Assembly (NCBI GenBank): GCA_938091805.1
Contig: CALKGV010000027.1
Span: 1 to 61,169 of the forward strand
Direction of reading: 5' to 3'
Source: an uncultured archaeon
GTDB taxonomy: Archaea > Thermoproteota > Bathyarchaeia > Bathyarchaeales > DTEX01
DNA length: 61,169 nt
In this document: positions 58,494 to 61,169 of the stretch, piece after piece
How the letters are laid out: each line of letters starts with the position of its first letter
Numbering within the stretch: position 1 is the stretch's first letter
Program-made: the position numbers and the translations under genes
Notes under the pieces: generated by a model
Seen by the model: only the letters and a program-made list of their open reading frames with translations
Told to the model about the DNA's origin: nothing
Databases searched by the model: none

Positions 58494-58619
58494 CTTGCGG
58501 GTGAAATAAGCGTTTCTCGCTGGGTGCTTAACATTTAAGGCTACATGTGAAACGTGTGAAACATATGAAACGCGGCGTTTCACAGTATCCCTTATCTGGA
58601 GATTTTCCAATATTTTTCT

Positions 58620-58865
58620 GTGTGGCGATCGAATATGGAAAGCATCGTGTTTGCAATTTCCCTGGACGATAGCGCTGCTCAGAGAAGCCTTAATGAGGCT
58701 AGAGTTCTTCTTGAAGAGATACCGGAGCTTCTGGAGCGGGGTGATGTTTCGGGCGCTGCCCATAATCTTGCTGAGGCGAGTAGGCTTATGAATGAGGCAT
58801 TTAAGTCTTTAAAGTTTAGGGCTGAGGAGAAAAACGACGGGTCGGAGGAAGCATTAAGCCTATAA
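58620..58865 (+). CDS. Short helical hypothetical protein or gene fragment
   Basis: Amphipathic helical composition only. Confidence 0.35.
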   Translation: MWRSNMESIVFAISLDDSAAQRSLNEARVLLEEIPELLERGDVSGAAHNLAEASRLMNEAFKSLKFRAEEKNDGSEEALSL

Positions 58866-59053
58866 TCTGCAAAGTAGCGTAAGAAGATGGATGACACTGA
58901 AGTATTCGCAGAGCATCTTAAATCATATCTCGATATGCGTTAGACCTATTTTTAATCTTTTATTCTCTCTTTTTCCTTTATGCTTCATCAGTTTTCAGCC
59001 TATAAATGTCATCATCATCGGAAGAAAGAATATATAGTATGTAATTTAAAAGA

Positions 59054-59947
59054 TTGTTGTTTGGTGAGATTTTGGGTAAGAAGGTTCGTTATGAGGAGCT
59101 TTTTCCACATGAGATTGAAGAGATAATTAGGGATAAACCTGTTGTTTACCTGCCCTTTGGAACATTGGAGTGGCACGGTTTACATTTGGCTTTAGGAAAC
59201 GATGCAATTAAAGCCTATGAGATATGTCTTCGTGTAGCCGAGAAGACCGGCGGGGTTGTGGCGCCGGCAACATACTGGGCGATCGGCGGCATGCCTCATC
59301 CGTGGACAACAAGGTTTGATGAGGTTCTCATAAGCGATCTTTTCTTCGCAATTTTTGAGCAGATGGAGCATGTAGGTTTTAAAGTAGCTATAGCGCTTAC
59401 TGGGCATTACGGTTTGGAACAAATGTATGCCCTAAAAAGGAGCGCATGCGACTTCATGTATAGAAGCAGTATGCTTGTGGCGCCTTTACCAGAATACGAA
59501 GTTGCATGCGAAAAAGGTTACCGCGGCGATCATGCAGCTAAGTGGGAGACATCGATTCTCTGGTCTCTCCGCCCGGAACTTGTAGACGTAAGTAAACTAG
59601 GTGTAAATTTGGAGGGGCCTCTGGAGGGCGTTATGGGTGAGGATCCGCGGGTCTATGCGTCGATGGAGATTGGGCGGGACATTGTTAATCACATCGTTGA
59701 CAGATTATCGGAGCTGACGTATAGGATGCTGAATAAAACCAGTCCCCTTGATAAATTAAAGTTCATTAGGGCATTGAACATTCAAGCCGATGTTCTGGCA
59801 GGAATAATGAATATGGGAAGTGAGGGATACGCAATTTTAGGAGGCAGAGAATACGAAACCTTCATTCAACATTTATGGATGGGCCGATATGACGAAGCAA
59901 TAAAAGAAGGTGAGGGGCTCATATTAAAACTTAAAACACCTAAGTAG
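59054..59947 (+). CDS. Creatininase/mycofactocin peptidase family amidohydrolase
   Basis: PFGTLEWHG.HL..GND, GHYG, DHAAKWETS. Confidence 0.88.
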   Translation: MLFGEILGKKVRYEELFPHEIEEIIRDKPVVYLPFGTLEWHGLHLALGNDAIKAYEICLRVAEKTGGVVAPATYWAIGGMPHPWTTRFDEVLISDLFFAIFEQMEHVGFKVAIALTGHYGLEQMYALKRSACDFMYRSSMLVAPLPEYEVACEKGYRGDHAAKWETSILWSLRPELVDVSKLGVNLEGPLEGVMGEDPRVYASMEIGRDIVNHIVDRLSELTYRMLNKTSPLDKLKFIRALNIQADVLAGIMNMGSEGYAILGGREYETFIQHLWMGRYDEAIKEGEGLILKLKTPK

Positions 59948-60019
59948 AGAGCTTAAATAGAAGTTTGGTTTACTGTAGAGTTGCTAAAAATAAATTTAGT
60001 TTAAAAACTTTGTTTACTG

Positions 60020-60110
60020 AAGAACTCATCTCAAAACTATTTAAGTCTTTCTTGACTATGTTTTGGTATGGAGTTTCTTGAGCTTTCTGATGGTGAGTGG
60101 GAGTTCAAGA
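60020..60110 (+). pseudogene. IS5-family transposase N-terminal remnant
   Basis: ATG at 60068 gives MEFLELSDGEWE, resembling IS5 'LSDxEW' starts; similarity is then lost. Possible terminal sequence GAACTCATCTCAAAA at ~60022. Confidence 0.45.
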
Positions 60111-60342
60111 AAGACTACAGTAGCATGGTAATGCTATTGGATGGCTTAGAGGATTTTCATAATCCCGCTTTGTAATTTACTTGCCACTAATATCTTCCCT
60201 GTTTGAAAGAAAAATAGGGAGTTATATTAAACTTTTTTCCTTCTAACAAATATAGAAAGTTAAAGGACAGAACATCCGTATAATCCTCTGAAGGTAAAGT
60301 TTATTTTACCGGAAGGGTTTTCTTGAACTGCTTACTGTTCCA

Positions 60343-60801
60343 CTACTGCTTCATAGTATTTGCAAAGTAGACGAAAAGCCAGCTTGCGGGCTTCCCATCA
60401 AAAGAAACCGTGCTTGGTCGACCCCAGTGTCCAGCGTAAACCTCGATCGAAGTGCTTCCACGCCCATTAAGCCTTATTTCAAGCTGCTTTCCAAGTATTC
60501 CTGGAACGTTCCGCCATACGATTAAAGTGATTGTAGCACCATATAGACTTTTTATGTGCACACCAGCTGTTGACTTAGCCATCGCCCACATCCATGACCG
60601 AAGACCAATATAGCATAGTGGTTGGGTTTCGATGTTCAAGTGGCCCGATATTGGATCAACCGCTACCGATAATCCTCTCTCCATGCTTCTAGTGATCTTC
60701 CAAATCAACGACACCACATGTAACGCTATTGGGTTATCCCATGAAGCGCCCCCCTCCATGAGGGCATACAGCATTTCACCGGAGCGGAAAACCTTAACCA
60801 T
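60343..60801 (-). pseudogene. Fragment of a larger beta-rich (probably secreted) protein, truncated by IS6
   Basis: ORF lies immediately beyond the IS6 end; PSTVSFDG..W tail; degenerate downstream. Confidence 0.4.
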
Positions 60802-60830
60802 GAGCGAATGGGGAATAAACTGTTTCTGTC

Positions 60831-61169
60831 GGCTCTGTTACTTTAAGCTTATCGCCTCCTTGAGTTAGGTTATGAGTTTTAGGTATTCTGGTTGTTTGTG
60901 TAGGTTGAGGAGTTTGAGCCAGTTCTTGACATGGTTTAGGTTGCATCCGCGCCTTCTGCATGGATAGTTGTCGTCGAAGGCTTCAGTTCTGTCCTTAACA
61001 GCTTGGATGGCCCTCTCGATTAGGCTCCTATACTCGTCGTTGAGGAGCCTATGCTCCAGGTTTAGAGCCTTGCACGCTTCAGGGCACCATGATGCTCCAT
61101 CGATGTAGACTGGATGCCGCCCGTAACGCTTGATAAGCTGTCTTAGGAAGGTTTCGGCGGTCATGCTGC
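60831..61169 (-). mobile_element. IS6-family element (partial): DDE transposase C-terminus 60865-61164 and terminal inverted repeat
   Basis: YGRHPVYIDGASW..AC..LIERAIQAVKDRTEAFDD; TIR-like GGCTCTGTTA at 60831-60840. Confidence 0.88.

Noticed and set aside
1..61169. tRNA/rRNA genes
   Set aside because: No T-loop/acceptor-stem pattern or rRNA-like GC-rich segment was seen in the intergenic gaps; a tRNAscan-SE/Infernal run would be needed to exclude them.

Overview
Archaeal chromosome segment. Gene content is most consistent with a thermophilic Bathyarchaeia/TACK lineage; this is inferred from aEF-1A, aIF2 alpha/gamma, TFB, Alba, Nop10/Gar1, RadA, SMC-ScpAB, a CdvB-like ESCRT-III, two URO-D/MtaA-family paralogs and the SpeD-BpsA branched-polyamine genes. 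Most of the window is housekeeping (translation, RNA modification, chromosome segregation, repair) mixed with sugar-catabolic genes and ABC transporters. Accessory material: an integrase fragment and a frameshifted VapC at the left edge, a ~350 bp non-autonomous IS200/IS605 element with IS608-type ends (11486-11836), a deleted tnpB remnant (~40140-40730), and IS5/IS6 remnants at the right edge. The best candidate for an undescribed system is ~38.9-44.7 kb: a 40-aa Glu/Trp peptide missing from the ORF track, a duplicated Cas2/PaaX-like protein, two Ddl-like ATP-grasp ligases, a lysine 2,3-aminomutase-type radical SAM enzyme and a GNAT. No tRNA, rRNA or CRISPR array was recognised. All calls come from motif recognition by eye; no database searches were run.
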